NCBI GenBank assembly: GCA_951406725.2 | Contig: OX597828.1 | Span: forward strand, 9,610,001-9,674,000 | Length of the DNA: 64,000 nt | Reading direction: 5' to 3' | From: Octopus vulgaris | Lineage: Eukaryota | In this document: positions 12,720 through 25,456 of the stretch, in pieces | Position numbering within the stretch: the first letter of the stretch is position 1 | Layout: each line of letters begins with the position of its first letter | The notes under the pieces: model-generated | What the model saw: the letters and a program-made list of their open reading frames with translations, nothing else | Databases searched by the model: none | What the model was told of the DNA's origin: nothing | Position numbers and translations under genes: made by a program

Positions 12720-13030
12720 ACAGGACACCACAAATAGACGTAAAACTCAACGAGAAACGAAAAAGTAAAAATAGCATGGAACGGACCATTTTTAACAACG
12801 AAAAATAGAGTACAAGACAACTACACAAGGAAAAATCCCCTTCATCAGCTGTCCCTAGTTCAACTCCAGCGTGTTTCGAAGGTGAGGACAGAACACGTCT
12901 CTTCGAACTAGTCCTTCCTGTGAAAGAATTAAATAAAATGCCTTTGCAGAGGGGTAAAAACAAGTAAAACAATGTGACAAAAACAGGACGTAAAAACAAT
13001 ACAATTAAAAACAACTACAAAATAAAAATA
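12720..13030 (-). mobile_element. probable Penelope-like repeat fragment carrying a permuted hammerhead
   Basis: T-rich on the minus strand, carries a hammerhead core, and has a decayed relative near 41085-41350. Family assignment is an inference. Confidence 0.45.
12837..12897 (-). ncRNA. hammerhead ribozyme candidate with non-standard strand order
   Basis: Minus strand reads CGTGT-T-CTGTCCT-CAC-CTTC-GAAA-CACG-(14 nt)-GGGACAG-CTGATGA-A-GGGG. Both conserved boxes are intact; stems III (5 bp), I (7 bp) and II (4 bp with two G-U) are in register. Confidence 0.6.
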
Positions 13031-13267
13031 CAATTGCAAAAAATACAGGACAAGAAGGAATGAATACATACATGCACACACAACATACACTCCCCCACAC
13101 AAACATACAAAATTTACAGTGAGTCACCGTATAGCACTGCCAGTCACCGTACGGAGACGACAAAAGCATAGGAGAGGTTATCTCTTAATCCAACACTCAA
13201 TATCGCCTGTCTAGTGTTTGTAGTCGATTCAGAGACAACTACTCCGACATGTAAACATCTCACAGTC

Positions 13268-13281
13268 CAGCTAGGTGGCGC
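13268..13281 (+). promoter_or_regulatory. CTCF-like motif
   Basis: CAGCTAGGTGGCGC matches CCASYAGRKGGCRS at 12 of 14 positions. Confidence 0.3.
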
Positions 13282-13412
13282 TGCAAACTGATCTAGATGT
13301 ATACATACCATCTGTCAGCAAGCAAGATATTTTCTCAGTAAGAAAACATAGTCAGTAGCTTCTTCCCCTATTCGAACGTGCATCAAGCATATATGAACTG
13401 ACAATAACATTG

Positions 13413-13444
<32 letters not shown>

Positions 13445-13446
<2 letters not shown>

Positions 13447-13604
13447 GGCATGCATCATTCAGTTTCCGTCTACCAGATCCACTCATAAGGATTTGATCGG
13501 TCCGTAGCTATAGTAGAAAACGACTTACCGAAGATGTCACGCAGTAGGACTGATCCCTGAACCATGTGGTAAACTAAGCTTCTTACCACAGAACAACTTC
13601 TGCG

Positions 13605-13608
<4 letters not shown>
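13445..13608 (-). mobile_element. CORE-type SINE 5' half
   Basis: Homologous to 4120-4284; ends in (AT)n. Confidence 0.75.
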
Positions 13609-13672
<64 letters not shown>

Positions 13673-13725
13673 CATATATATATTTATTTATACATATATC
13701 TATATATACATACGTACATACATAC

Positions 13726-13778
<53 letters not shown>

Positions 13779-13796
13779 CATATACATATATATATA

Positions 13797-14027
13797 TTCC
13801 TTTATTCTTTTACTTGTTTCACCCATTTTATTTCGGCCATGCTGGAGCACCACCTTTAGTCGAGCAAATCGACCCCAGGACTTATTCTTTGTAGGCCTAA
13901 TACTTATTTTATCGCTGTCTTTTGCAGAGCCGTTTAGTTTCGTGGACGCAAACGCACTACCATCAGTTGTCAATCGATGGTAGGAAGACAAATAAAAACA
14001 GACACACACACACAAATATACATACAT

Positions 14028-14080
<53 letters not shown>

Positions 14081-14245
14081 TATGTGAGTGTTGGGCTTCT
14101 TTTATTTTCCGTCTACCAAATTCATTCAAAGGATTTCGTCAGCCTGAGGCTATAGTAGCAGACCATTGCCTAAGGCGCCATTCGGTGGGTCTGAACCCAG
14201 AAGCATGTTGTCTGTTAGCAAGTTTCTTACCACACAGCTAAGTCT
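13797..14245 (-). mobile_element. CORE-type SINE
   Basis: Homologous to 3872-4284. Confidence 0.8.
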
Positions 14246-15717
14246 ATATACATAGGTATAACGTGTATAAATTTAAAGCGCGAGTGCGCATGAATGTTTG
14301 GTAGATATATTGATAAATATAACGATGATGATCGGCTATATTAATCCTTTTTGTGCTAGTGATGGACCTGCATCTGATAGTATGCCGAACAATGCAGTAA
14401 AAAACTAATTGCTTTGGACATCAGCATGTAGTTAAGATTTCTTGTAGACATGGTATTCAGACTCAAAAAAAATAAAGAAGAAATTTAACAAGAAGAAATG
14501 CATACGTGATATTTTGATCAACTTTTTTTTCTTCTTTTAGTAGATATGCATTTTATACGTTTATATCAAAAATTTAAAGTTATCCGTACTTCTGAATATT
14601 AAATGTCAGCTTTTACTCACTGCAAAATATAATTTGCTTGAAGATATATTTTTGTTACTATGTGATAGTTATCTTTCGAATTATATCTTTTTTCTTCGTT
14701 TCACAAAACAAACATCAATGCGAACTTGAAATCTCAACTGTTTAATTTCTGTCACTAAGACGCAAGTTAAAGTATTCAGGTAGAAAAAAAATCGTTGTAA
14801 TCTTTAGGTAATCAAATGCTCTTATACTCTTTTTGGTAATGAAACACTCATCAGCAAATACTCTTTCTTTTTTCAAATTGTCACTATTGCAGTGTATCAG
14901 AGAGCTCCACATAGACCTCTTTTGTTTGAATTACCTATGGACTTGATATATTTTGTGAACAATATATGCATAAATTCATAGTTTGGAAATTCTTCGCATA
15001 CAACCTAAAATTTATGTGTATGCTATTCTAACATTACTCTTTATATTACAGATTGAAATTGAAGTTTCTTATACAGGTGTAGTAAGACCGCGTGGCGCAT
15101 TCTTTACAAATTCTGCTGATTTATTACCAAGATTCAGCTGGAGTTCAGTTCATAACTTATTATTGTAATCATTATTCCCATATTTCTAAAATACAAGTGT
15201 ATGTCTATTATGTATGTCTTGAAAGAGTAAATTTTAGAACGTGTACATATTGACAGTTAACATCTGCATCCATTCTCAAAGTGAATCGTTGCCATACTTA
15301 AATAAGATATACATATCCGAACCAATTTGCTGCTGCCTCCACAGCAGAAACTACGGATTATTTCTGTTTGGCTTTCAGTTTTCAAATTTCAGTTTCAAAT
15401 TGATGTAGTTTTGTATGCTAATTATCGGAAAAAAATTCGTATTTGTCATAAATTAATAAATAAAGTGTTAAGAGAATTTCAAGCTTGCAAATTTTGGATA
15501 AGTTTACCCAATCATTATCCATAGATATATAGGTGCCACTTTCCTTTGTAACAAACCAAGATTTTGCTTAAAACTACTATTGTTACTACGTACCTATATT
15601 CTAAACATTCGTTTCTGAAATTTCGCTTGAAAAAGTGTATTAATTGCCCACACCAAATGAACTTTTACGACAGCATAACGTACAGTTAGATTTTATTTAT
15701 TTCTACATTCAAATTGC

Positions 15718-15904
15718 ATACGTTCACGACCTTTTGGCTGAGATCAAAGTGTAGTATCTGTTCTTATCAGGTTAAAATCTCATACGGTTCCTATTTGGGA
15801 CCACAATATTAAACTGATTTTTAGAATGAAGCAAAGTCAGGGACTTTCTTCGCCTTTACCACGGGTTGGCCTGGTATTATAGTACTTCCAGAATTCAGCC
15901 CATC
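15718..15904 (+). pseudogene. U2: U2 snRNA full-length diverged copy (pseudogene or variant)
   Basis: CCTTTTGGCTGAGATCAAAGTGTAGTATCTGTTCTTATCAG with branch-point box GTAGTA at 15751. Stem IIb GGTTCC/GGGACC, Sm-like ATTTTTAG and stem IV GGGTTGGCCTGG...CCAGAATTCAGCCC are present. Mismatches occur in stems I and IIa and in loop IV. Confidence 0.9.
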
Positions 15905-15916
15905 TTCAAAAGAATC

Positions 15917-16082
15917 AGTGCAGTCATGGTTGTGTGGTAAGAAGCTTGCTTCCCAACCACATGGTTCCGGGTTCAATCTCACCACATGACACCTCGAGCA
16001 AGTGTCTTCTACTATAGCCTCGGGTCGACCAAAGCCACGTGAATGGATCTGGTACACAGAAATTGAAAGAAACCCATCGTAT
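15917..16082 (+). mobile_element. CORE-type SINE 5' half
   Basis: tRNA-like head GGTTGTGTGGTAAG...GGGTTCAATCTC and core, ending in (TA)n. Confidence 0.8.
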
Positions 16083-16170
16083 ATATATATATATATATAT
16101 ATATATAACCAAAAAATAAGCAACAAGAATGGATCCGGTAATTTAGTACAATTGTTTCATACTATAACAA

Positions 16171-16580
16171 TTTATTAAAGCTGCAAATATTACAGCAAAT
16201 ATAATATGTCAAGTAATCTTCAGCTAATTTCATATAGGTTTTCCAATAACGTAAAGTTCTCAAATCAATTAGTAACATCTTAGAGAGTGTAAATATACCG
16301 ATAAAGTTGTAGATGTGAGTATCAGAAACTTGAAGCAAGATGCCAAGTAGACCAAGATTGGGTTTATATATGCTGCAAATATTGGGTTTATTAAAGCTGC
16401 AAATATTACAGCAAATATAATATGTCAAGTAATCTTCAGCTAATTTCATATATGCTTTCCAACAATGTAAAGTTCTCAAATTAATTAGTGACATCCCAGA
16501 GAAGGTAAATATACCGATAAAGTTGTGGATATAAATTTCAGAAGACATGACGAAAGATGCCAGTCAGACCACGATTAAGT
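16171..16580. repeat. tandem duplication, 216-bp period
   Basis: TTTATTAAAGCTGCAAATATTACAGC begins at both 16171 and 16387; this explains the repeated peptide in ORF 16162..16548. Confidence 0.85.
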
Positions 16581-17067
16581 TCGCATCTAACTGTTGCAAG
16601 AAAAAATTTCTTTAGTGGTAGGAATGATAGTAGGGTAGGTCAATGAAGCTGATTAGCTGGAGAAAAGAACAGAAAAAGAAAAAAATTTTGGGTGTGTAAA
16701 AGGAACAAAGACAGATTGACACTAAAACGAAAGGTCAGTCTATTTCTATGGTGACAGGAAATCTAGGTCAGTGTGGAAGGAACATTAAATTCTTAAGAGA
16801 TTGCAAGGTTGACCACACCTTGCTTCCAAATGAAAGCCATCAGAATTTATAGTGGGAGTTAGGAGACAGAAAGATCTAAGGAAAACTATAAGAGGGTCTT
16901 AGGTTATTAGTAGAGAACGATACAGTAAGAAAATCACTAGAATAGAAGGCTATTTATTTTTATTTTTGTTTTTATTTTAACTTTTATTTTTATATGGTAA
17001 GAAAGAATCTAGATCACTATCTAGAGGTCAATTAGAATAAATAGCAAATGGTAGGGGAACTGTACCT

Positions 17068-17326
17068 ATGTGTGTGTGTGTGTATGTAAGTATATGTTTA
17101 TCTATATGTATCTTCCTGTCTGTGTTTATCCCCCACCCCACCGTCACTTGACAACCGATCCTGGTCGCTTATGTTCCTGTAATATAGCAGTTCGACAAAG
17201 AGACAATAGAATAAATACCACTCTTACAAAGAATAAGACCGAGGTTCGATTTCTTCGGCTAAAACCTGTTAAGGCGGTGCTCCAGCATAGCCGCAGTCAA
17301 ATGACTGAAACAAGTAAAAGAATAAA
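17068..17326 (+). mobile_element. CORE-type SINE 3' half
   Basis: (GT)n followed by ...CTTGACAACCGAT...GGCGGTGCTCCAGCA...AAACAAGTAAAAGAATAAA. Confidence 0.8.
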
Positions 17327-18676
17327 TGAACACCCACTCGAGCGTTTTCTTTACATTCTTTTATCAAGGAGAAAAGCTAATGTTGCTGTCTCAGTTATTG
17401 AAATTTAAAAATTGGGTGAAATTTTTCAAAGTAAATAAGATCCGAGTCATTCTGAAAAATGGCACTTACATACCAAGTTTGAAAATTTTCACTTAATTTT
17501 AAATTTCCATTAGTGAAAGCCAAGCAGGCAAGATCTCACTCTACCAACTTAAGTATTGATACATGAGAAAGCATGTTTGAGGCGGATACATATGTGTGTG
17601 TGTACACACACAAGCAAGCGCAGGCCAACACACACTTGCACAGACACAGACGAACACACACACACGCCAAACGCACATGCAACCACATGCGTATTCTTTT
17701 TCATAACATCAACTATATCGCACTAAAAACACACACACACACACAACGGAGGAAAGGGTAAAACACACACTAGAGTGCAGACCTTCACACACGGCAAGAG
17801 AATAACGAAGAACATTTCACAAATACATGCAAATAAATTCAAACATTTCTAAAACATCCATCACACACGCGCACACACACAGTCATGCAATAGCACGCGC
17901 ACACATGCACGCATATACACACACGCGCGCACACAGGAAGGCATACGCACACACTAAAACGTACACACGCACACACAAGCAAGGAGGTAAACATACGTAT
18001 AAAAGTGACTACATCACACGCGCATACACACACATACACACACCAGAACGCATACCTATAGGAAGGCACACTTGCATTATAGATACATCCACCAACATTA
18101 AAACACACACATACGCGCACAGAAACAGACGCATTTAAAACATACACACTCTTAGGAGCCAACTTAACTACACCCATAGCCCTTAAGAATATGATGAACA
18201 CGCAGACTTGAAACCAGGTTAACGAAGAATAGTGTGTCCAGGTCATTACAGAGGTCAGTGATGACCAACGCACACACCCACACACTTACACAGACCAGTC
18301 ACAGGCACTTGAGACTACACACAAGCGCAGATACACACTCGCCCTCACACAAACACGCACAATCGTATTCTTCCTCTATTCCCTCCCTTTAGTTCTCTTG
18401 TAAATAACCATTCTCTTACACCTCCATACCAATACCTTTACATCCCTATATGTAAACAGACATAAAACTAATTGTCAGGAAGGCTCAGAACAGGTCATGT
18501 AACTTACAAGGTCACGAACAGCGATGAAAAGCATTTGACAAACAACTGAATCATTATTTTCCTCACAAATTGAACGGACGGCCTATTGGTTATTTAGTTA
18601 GGTTACTAACCAAATGACTAAAAATAAACGAGTGAAATTGAACCAGTGCGTGTGATTATTAATATTGGCATAATGA

Positions 18677-19350
18677 AAGGTAGTCAACTGGCAGAATTGT
18701 TAGCACACCGGACGAAATGCTTAGCCGTATTTCGTCTGCCGCTACGTTCTGAGTTCAAATTCTGCCGAGTTCGACTTTGCCTTTCTTCTTTTCGGGGTCG
18801 ATTAAATAAGTACCAGTTACGCACTGGAGTCGATATAATCGACTTAATCCGTCTGTCTGTCCTCGTTTGTCCTCTCTGTGTTTAGCCCCTTTTGGGTAGT
18901 AAAGAAATAGTTATTTCGAATGCCGTTACGTTCTGAGTTCAAATTCTGCCGAGGTCGACTTTGCCTTTTATTCTTTCGGGGTCGATAACTTAAGTACCGG
19001 TTGCGTACTAGGGTCGATCTTATCGACTGGCTCCCTCCCTAAAAATGACGGGCCTTGTACCTAGAGTAGAAAATAAATTTAAGTACCAGTGAAATGCTGG
19101 GATCTATGTAAACGACTAGTCCCCTCCCATAAAATTGCTACCCTTGTTCCAAAATTTAAAACCATTATTGGCATAATGGTAAGGTGGTGAGAACTGGCAG
19201 AATCTGTAGCACGACGGACAAAAGGTCGGTATACGCTCTGAGTTCAAATTCCGCCGATAGAGTACCAGTCAAGGGCTCCCACCAGATAAGTACCAGTGAA
19301 GCACTCTGACCAAAATTTAAGGCTTGTGCCTATGGTAGAAATGATTATTA
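18677..19350 (+). mobile_element. cluster of Nin/Deu-type SINEs
   Basis: Three GAGTTCAAATTC B-boxes and repeated AAGTACCAG domains. Confidence 0.85.
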
Positions 19351-19661
19351 CCTTTTTAATGATATTCCCTGGATAGAACAAGATATTACTTAATTTCAGG
19401 GAAATGAATCACTACTCAAATACTTGATCTTCCGCGGTTGAAAATATCCGGGAATTAAAATTTGTCTTTGTTTGGCCTTGTAGAATATATCACTTAAATT
19501 AACTGGAATAGAAAACCTTCACTATCCAAGAGTGATGTAAAATATATGTAAGTTTGGGTTAAAGAAGTAAGAAAGAATGCAAAATGGCATGTAAGTCTAA
19601 TTCAGACTTTTTAATATCTGCAATGTAGGATGCATAATTATTCTTTTACATGTAATGATAC

Positions 19662-20098
19662 GAATCTTTTCGGTTTGAACGGCAGTTTTTAACAAAATTT
19701 CTAGGTAACTAAAACCTTTTAAACTTCGTATACTGGTAGAATGTGTTTATAAAACATCTTTTTCTCTTGGCTTTATTGAGAAAATTCTATAGTTTGTAAG
19801 ATATTTGTTGTTGTTTTTCTTCAATTTCTGCAATTTCAACCAATCACTGACGTCTTTTGAGGTAAGAAAAAAAGACATTCTGTGTCGTATGAATATGTCC
19901 CTCGTTTAAGAAACAGATTCGCTTTATTTATATTTCTGAAGGAAAAAAGATACCCTTCCCCACGCCTAACCCTAACCCTAACTAACCCTAAGCCTAAAAC
20001 AGATTGAAATGCAATAAATCGATACTAGGGTCATAATTATGGGTGACAATTTCATATGACACCGCTAGAAAAAACTGCCGTTCAAACCGAAAAGATCC
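19662..20098. mobile_element. MITE family 1, inverted relative to the 6679 copy
   Basis: TIRs; CCCTAA repeats near 19966-19997; decayed 8-bp TSD AATGATAC/AATTATTC. Confidence 0.9.
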
Positions 20099-20124
20099 AA
20101 TTATTCTATTATTTTTTTCATGTA

Positions 20125-20320
20125 AGGCTGCAAGGTGGTAGAATCGTTAGCACATCGGGTGAAATGCTTAAAGGCATGTCGTCTGTGGCTACGCTCTGAG
20201 TTCAAATTCTGCTGAAATCGATGAAAAATGTAAAAGTCGAGCACTGGAGCCGATGACATTGTCCCCCCACCCCCCCCCAAAAAATGTCAAGCCTTGTGCC
20301 CACAGTAGAAAGGATTATTA
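20125..20320 (+). mobile_element. Nin/Deu-type SINE, internally deleted
   Basis: Head GTAGAATCGTTAGCAC..GAAATGCTTA, B-box and family tail. Confidence 0.75.
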
Positions 20321-21252
20321 TGTCATATCTCTTAAATGGGAGACGAAACCTGGAAAACAAGGCTTGATATTTCGAAACAAGAGGACTGCTGAAAAATGCA
20401 TTGAATAAAAATGATGCTTGCTTGGAGGTGAGGAATTTGGGAAAGTCTGGTTTCCTTGTTCCTTCTTTCTCATTTATATAATCTTTTTTACTAACATATG
20501 TTCTTTCACAAGTCTTAGCTAAGCAGCTGAATGGTTCTAATAAGACGTGAACACTTGACCAATAAAATGAAAAAGAGTTAAAATTTCGTCTTAAACGCTG
20601 CTCATAAACAACACATATAAATACCCCCAACAAAAAAGAAAAGAAAACCTATTGCAGCATCTTAAACAAGTAGTCTTTGATATCAATATTTACAATTAAA
20701 GTTATAATTATAGATGAAGTTAACAAAATTAGTTTATTTTTTCTCTAACGTAGAAATATTTACGTTTAAACGATGCCAATAAAAGATTCTTTAAATTCAA
20801 ATTATAATTAAGTTTTTGATTCAATATTTTTTCTTCTTCTCTATCCTTAATAATGACTTAATAATAATGCACCTGCGTTGAAATTTGCTGCATTGAAAAG
20901 AAGAAAAATGATACACGAAAATAAAGCGATGCTGTGCATGTTAGCCAATATTTATAAGAGATGAGAAACATTATAGTAAGAAAAAATACATACACTGTAG
21001 TACAGGAGTAGCATGCTGAATATTTCTGAGTGTCACAGGTGTACAGCAAGCTTTAATAGATACATACAACAGAATAATTGTTTCCATTTCTTGATTTAGA
21101 AATACGAAGCAGAAAAATATTTCGAAGAATATTTAAAAATATAGAAAAATAAATCAGTGATATTGCCATGCAATTTATTTTATTGAGAAGTAAATTAATA
21201 GTTTGAATATGAAGAGACATGTCTCATTCGTTCTCACAATTCATTTCACTTT

Positions 21253-21319
<67 letters not shown>

Positions 21320-22308
21320 CATACGTTCAAAGATAGACGTATGTCGACCTTTATAATATTAAGTATGTGTGTATTTTGTGAAGCAATGAAATATACACGC
21401 TCAAATGCATATACATTCATACTTACATACAGACACATCGAAACAAACATATATCAGTATATAAATATATGCATGTGTGTGTGTGTGTTCGTATATAAGC
21501 ACGTATGAATAAATTTGCATGATAGTTTGTGTGTGTATGTGTATATTTATTCATATGGTACACCTTGCACAAGAGTTCAAGAAGGGGGCGATTCTTTTCT
21601 CTTTTCTCTAAATTTGTAAGTTGTTATTGGAAATTCCACAAAATTTTTGAAGAATGTGTTTCTCTAAATATATCAAGGAGTGATGTGTATAAAATATTAA
21701 TTTAATAATTGTCAGCTGTACATAAGGTTTAATGTGTATACACACACAGAGACACACACATACACCTACACATACACACACGCACATATATTATATGTAT
21801 CTATGTATATGTGAACACATATTTGTATGCATGTATGTATGTGTGTATATATACAGAAAGAGAGATAGAGAGGGAGTGAGTTCCAGTACAGTCTTATTGT
21901 GTGGCGCCTTGACAAAGTGTCGTTGATTAAATAGCCGAACCGACCAGAGCCTTGTGTATGGATTTGGTGTAGGGAAGCTGAACGAAACTCAACTATTGCT
22001 TAATTCGAAGAGCCCATAAAATGCTGTCGGGTTTGAAAAACCATGCTTTCTTCCCTTGGTTTTCTGTATTTTTGTGCTCCATGTGTATCTGTTCTCTAAA
22101 TATCTATATATAAATATCTATACATGAACTTTCATGTTCAGTATGATTTCAGTTTTTGTTTCTCTATATATATATCTATAAATATTTTACTTGTGTTTAT
22201 ATATCCATGTATATTTTATATTTCAAGCTCAGGTGTGTTTACCTGTTTGTCTGTATAGAAATATAATATCCAGACAGGTACCGAATTTTATCAATAATGT
22301 ACGATATC

Positions 22309-22718
22309 TAAGGCGTCGAGCTGGCAGAATCGTTAGCACGCCGGGCGAAATGCTTAGCGGTAATTCGTCTGCCACTATGTTCTGAGTTCAAATTCCGTCG
22401 AGGTTGACTTTGCCTTTCATCCTTTCGGGGTCGATAAATTAAGTACCAGTTACACACTGGGGTCGATATAGTCGACTTAATCCGTTTGTCTGTCCTCTCT
22501 TTGTTTAGCTCCTTGTGGGTAGTCAAGAAATAGGTATTTTGTCTGCCGCTACGTTCTGAGTTCAAATTCCGCCGAGGTCGACTTTGCCTTTCATCCTTTC
22601 GGGGTCGATTAAATAAGTACCAGTTACGCTCTGGGGTCGATATATCGACTTAATCCGTTTGTCTGTCCTTATTTGTCCTCTCTGTGTTTAACCCTTTTTG
22701 GGTAGTAAAGAAATAGGC
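22309..22718 (+). mobile_element. Nin/Deu-type SINE, internally duplicated
   Basis: Well-preserved copy with two B-box + domain units. Confidence 0.9.
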
Positions 22719-23984
22719 ATTTCACATGTATATATATATATATATAGGGATGTATGTATATTCCACGATGTTTTTTATTTAAACATGGCAATAGACAAAT
22801 TTTTGAGCTATTAAAAGTAAGAGACGCGTGTTTTGGAACAAACATTTGATTTTGCATGAACATAATGTCTGTTGTTTTTGTTGTTTGTTATTATAGTTGC
22901 AAACCTCTAAATACAACATGAAATGATGATGATGATAGCTATAATATATAGCTACTTTACAATGAAAATGCTCATGCTAGATGTTACTGTTAAAGTTCAA
23001 AGGCAACGTACAAATCGGAAGAGAATACACTGTGGACATAAAAATCTTCTCGCTCCAACAAGTATCATTGGTTGTAAAAATCGAACAGTTACTTAGAAAG
23101 ACGACTCGCAAAAAGAACCGCATAGCAGGAGTGCTGTAAAATATTAGGCCATAAATTTACCACCGAGGTGAAAAGGCATATATCGAAAACGTCACTCTGA
23201 TGTTAAAAGTTTACATTGGACACATTACACATTAATATAGCTTTCCTGAATAATGTCACGTTGCACTCACGCAACTACTTTTCTAAGATATATGACTTAG
23301 ATAATACACTTACTTGAAAACATATTTCGACCTTCATTTGGCATTTTAACCTCATTTTAACTTGAATCATCTCAATGTGAAATATTTTAATAATAAATAA
23401 ATAAAAAAAAAACACTAATTACATTATAATTCCTCTTGTTTTTAATTCTGAGAAGAATAAATGTGAGTCAGAGTAAAACAATGATTGTAAAATGTCAAAA
23501 TATAAATACATGTTAAAAATATATTAATTTCTGCTCCAAGCATGACTTCATCTAGATATAAAGGCTGAATGTTCTTTTCCTTGTGTCAGAAGTGCTATAA
23601 AGTCTGAACGTGTGATTAGCCAAAGCAATAATACGTTTGTGCATTATTGACTGGTTGACTTTATAAAATTTCTCGCATCTTGCTAGAAGCATTGCAGTTT
23701 AGGAAAATTTTATATTATTAGGAAATTTTGAAAGAAATTCTACAAATGTTTGATGAGATTGAACTTTAGGTCAAAAGATTTAGATAATCTGATCACATGC
23801 CAACATTATTAACCTCTTCAATTCAAAGACGACACTTTGTATTCACCAAATTTATTCGCGTTAAATGTCGTTAGGTCTTCCATTATCATAATGGCTCCAT
23901 ACAATGCATATTTAGAATCCGTGGAAGAATATGAATTGTTTATTCTCAGACTTTTGAATAATTTTGACAACAGAATACTTAATG

Positions 23985-24230
23985 CAGGTTGTTGCATCAT
24001 ATGAGGCTTGATAGTACTAATTAAGAACTTGTCACAAATGAGTACATCACATATTGGACAGACTTTTAGGTAAACACTAATTTGAATTCAATCATGTTTA
24101 ATGGCGCAATATCAGTTCTTTTTATTATGTTTACATCGTATGATGTTGCCCAAAACAATTATTACAGACAGCTGACTTAACGTATTCAATTCGAAAGTGC
24201 AGAGGAAAGGGAAAGCTGTTTTGATAATAA
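23985..24230 (+). mobile_element. possible highly decayed hAT (Charlie-like) transposase remnant
   Basis: Short peptides CCII*GL (cf. HCIIHQEAL) and LNVFNSKVQRKGK (cf. LNxLNxKLQGKGK). Spacing is shorter than expected. Confidence 0.25.
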
Positions 24231-25408
24231 ATTTGAGACGTATTTTGCTTCTGTAAATTGGTATGAATATAGTTTAGATGTTGCAAGGGCTTTTATATAG
24301 TGACGGAGACACCTGTTCAGTAGGAGTAGATCTACTCAGTTGTCGAAACTTGGACATCTTTAAGTCATTCTGCATTGAATTTGCATTTTATCTTGTAGGA
24401 AACATCAAGTCAATATGGAGAAGCCTTTTAAAATTTGAGCTCCATAAACTTAAAATATATTAGTATATTTTATTATTCTTTGTTGTTTACAATACTGCAG
24501 AAATATACCTCCCAGTGAGTTACATAGACAAATTGTTGCTTTTCCTAAATGACTGAACTCATCTGCGTGTTTCTAATCGCGGGAATTAAAAAAAGTTCAA
24601 CATGTGTTCTGTTTGTCATTGGTAACTTCTGTGTATTACACTGGATCTAATTGCACTTCCTAATGAAGATTTCATTAACAGAAATTAGCTAAGTGATCTC
24701 CCAATTGAAATTGAATGTTTCAGAGCTTTTCTAACAAGCACGCTATAATAAACACACATTCATTATTCATAGGTTAATTGCTACATATACATCAGTTTGT
24801 AAGAAGTAAATGAGAAAAATAGAATCTGTACATCCATCTGAATAATTTGTAAATGTTTTATAGGTTAATAACAGGTAAAAATTTATTTCTGTTACTTTAA
24901 GTGTTTGTGGAAACACCTTATTAACTGCACCTTTCCGATATAAACATATTTCTTTCATACATTTCGGAGGGAGGCTGGTGTATTGCAAATAATTTCTGAT
25001 TTCGTTACGTGCTTATTATATTTTATTATGAGAAAAGTTTACAGACATTTTATAAGATAATTAAAATAATTGTCATGAGGGGAAAAAATATCTAAGCTGC
25101 AGATTTAACAATATGTAGATAAAAAAAAGGAAAGATATCTAACTATTAAACTAGTTATCTGGAATAGATTTTCTTTTGTAAAGAATTTTTATTGTACGAG
25201 TTATTAAAATAAATACTGCATTCAAATTCTCCTTGTGAAATAATAAAATTATAAAATTACAATACATCACCTCAAGCCACTATAAATCATGTTTCGGCTG
25301 AAGCACAAATGCTGAATATTATGTGCACGCACGTACGCGCATACACGCACACAAGCACACATACAAAAACACAAACACACACTATCATCTGAATATCAAC
25401 TTAAGTTC

Positions 25409-25456
<48 letters not shown>

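Noticed and set aside
16162-16548. Repeat-domain protein
   Set aside because: The peptide repetition results from a 216-bp DNA duplication, and no domain is recognisable.
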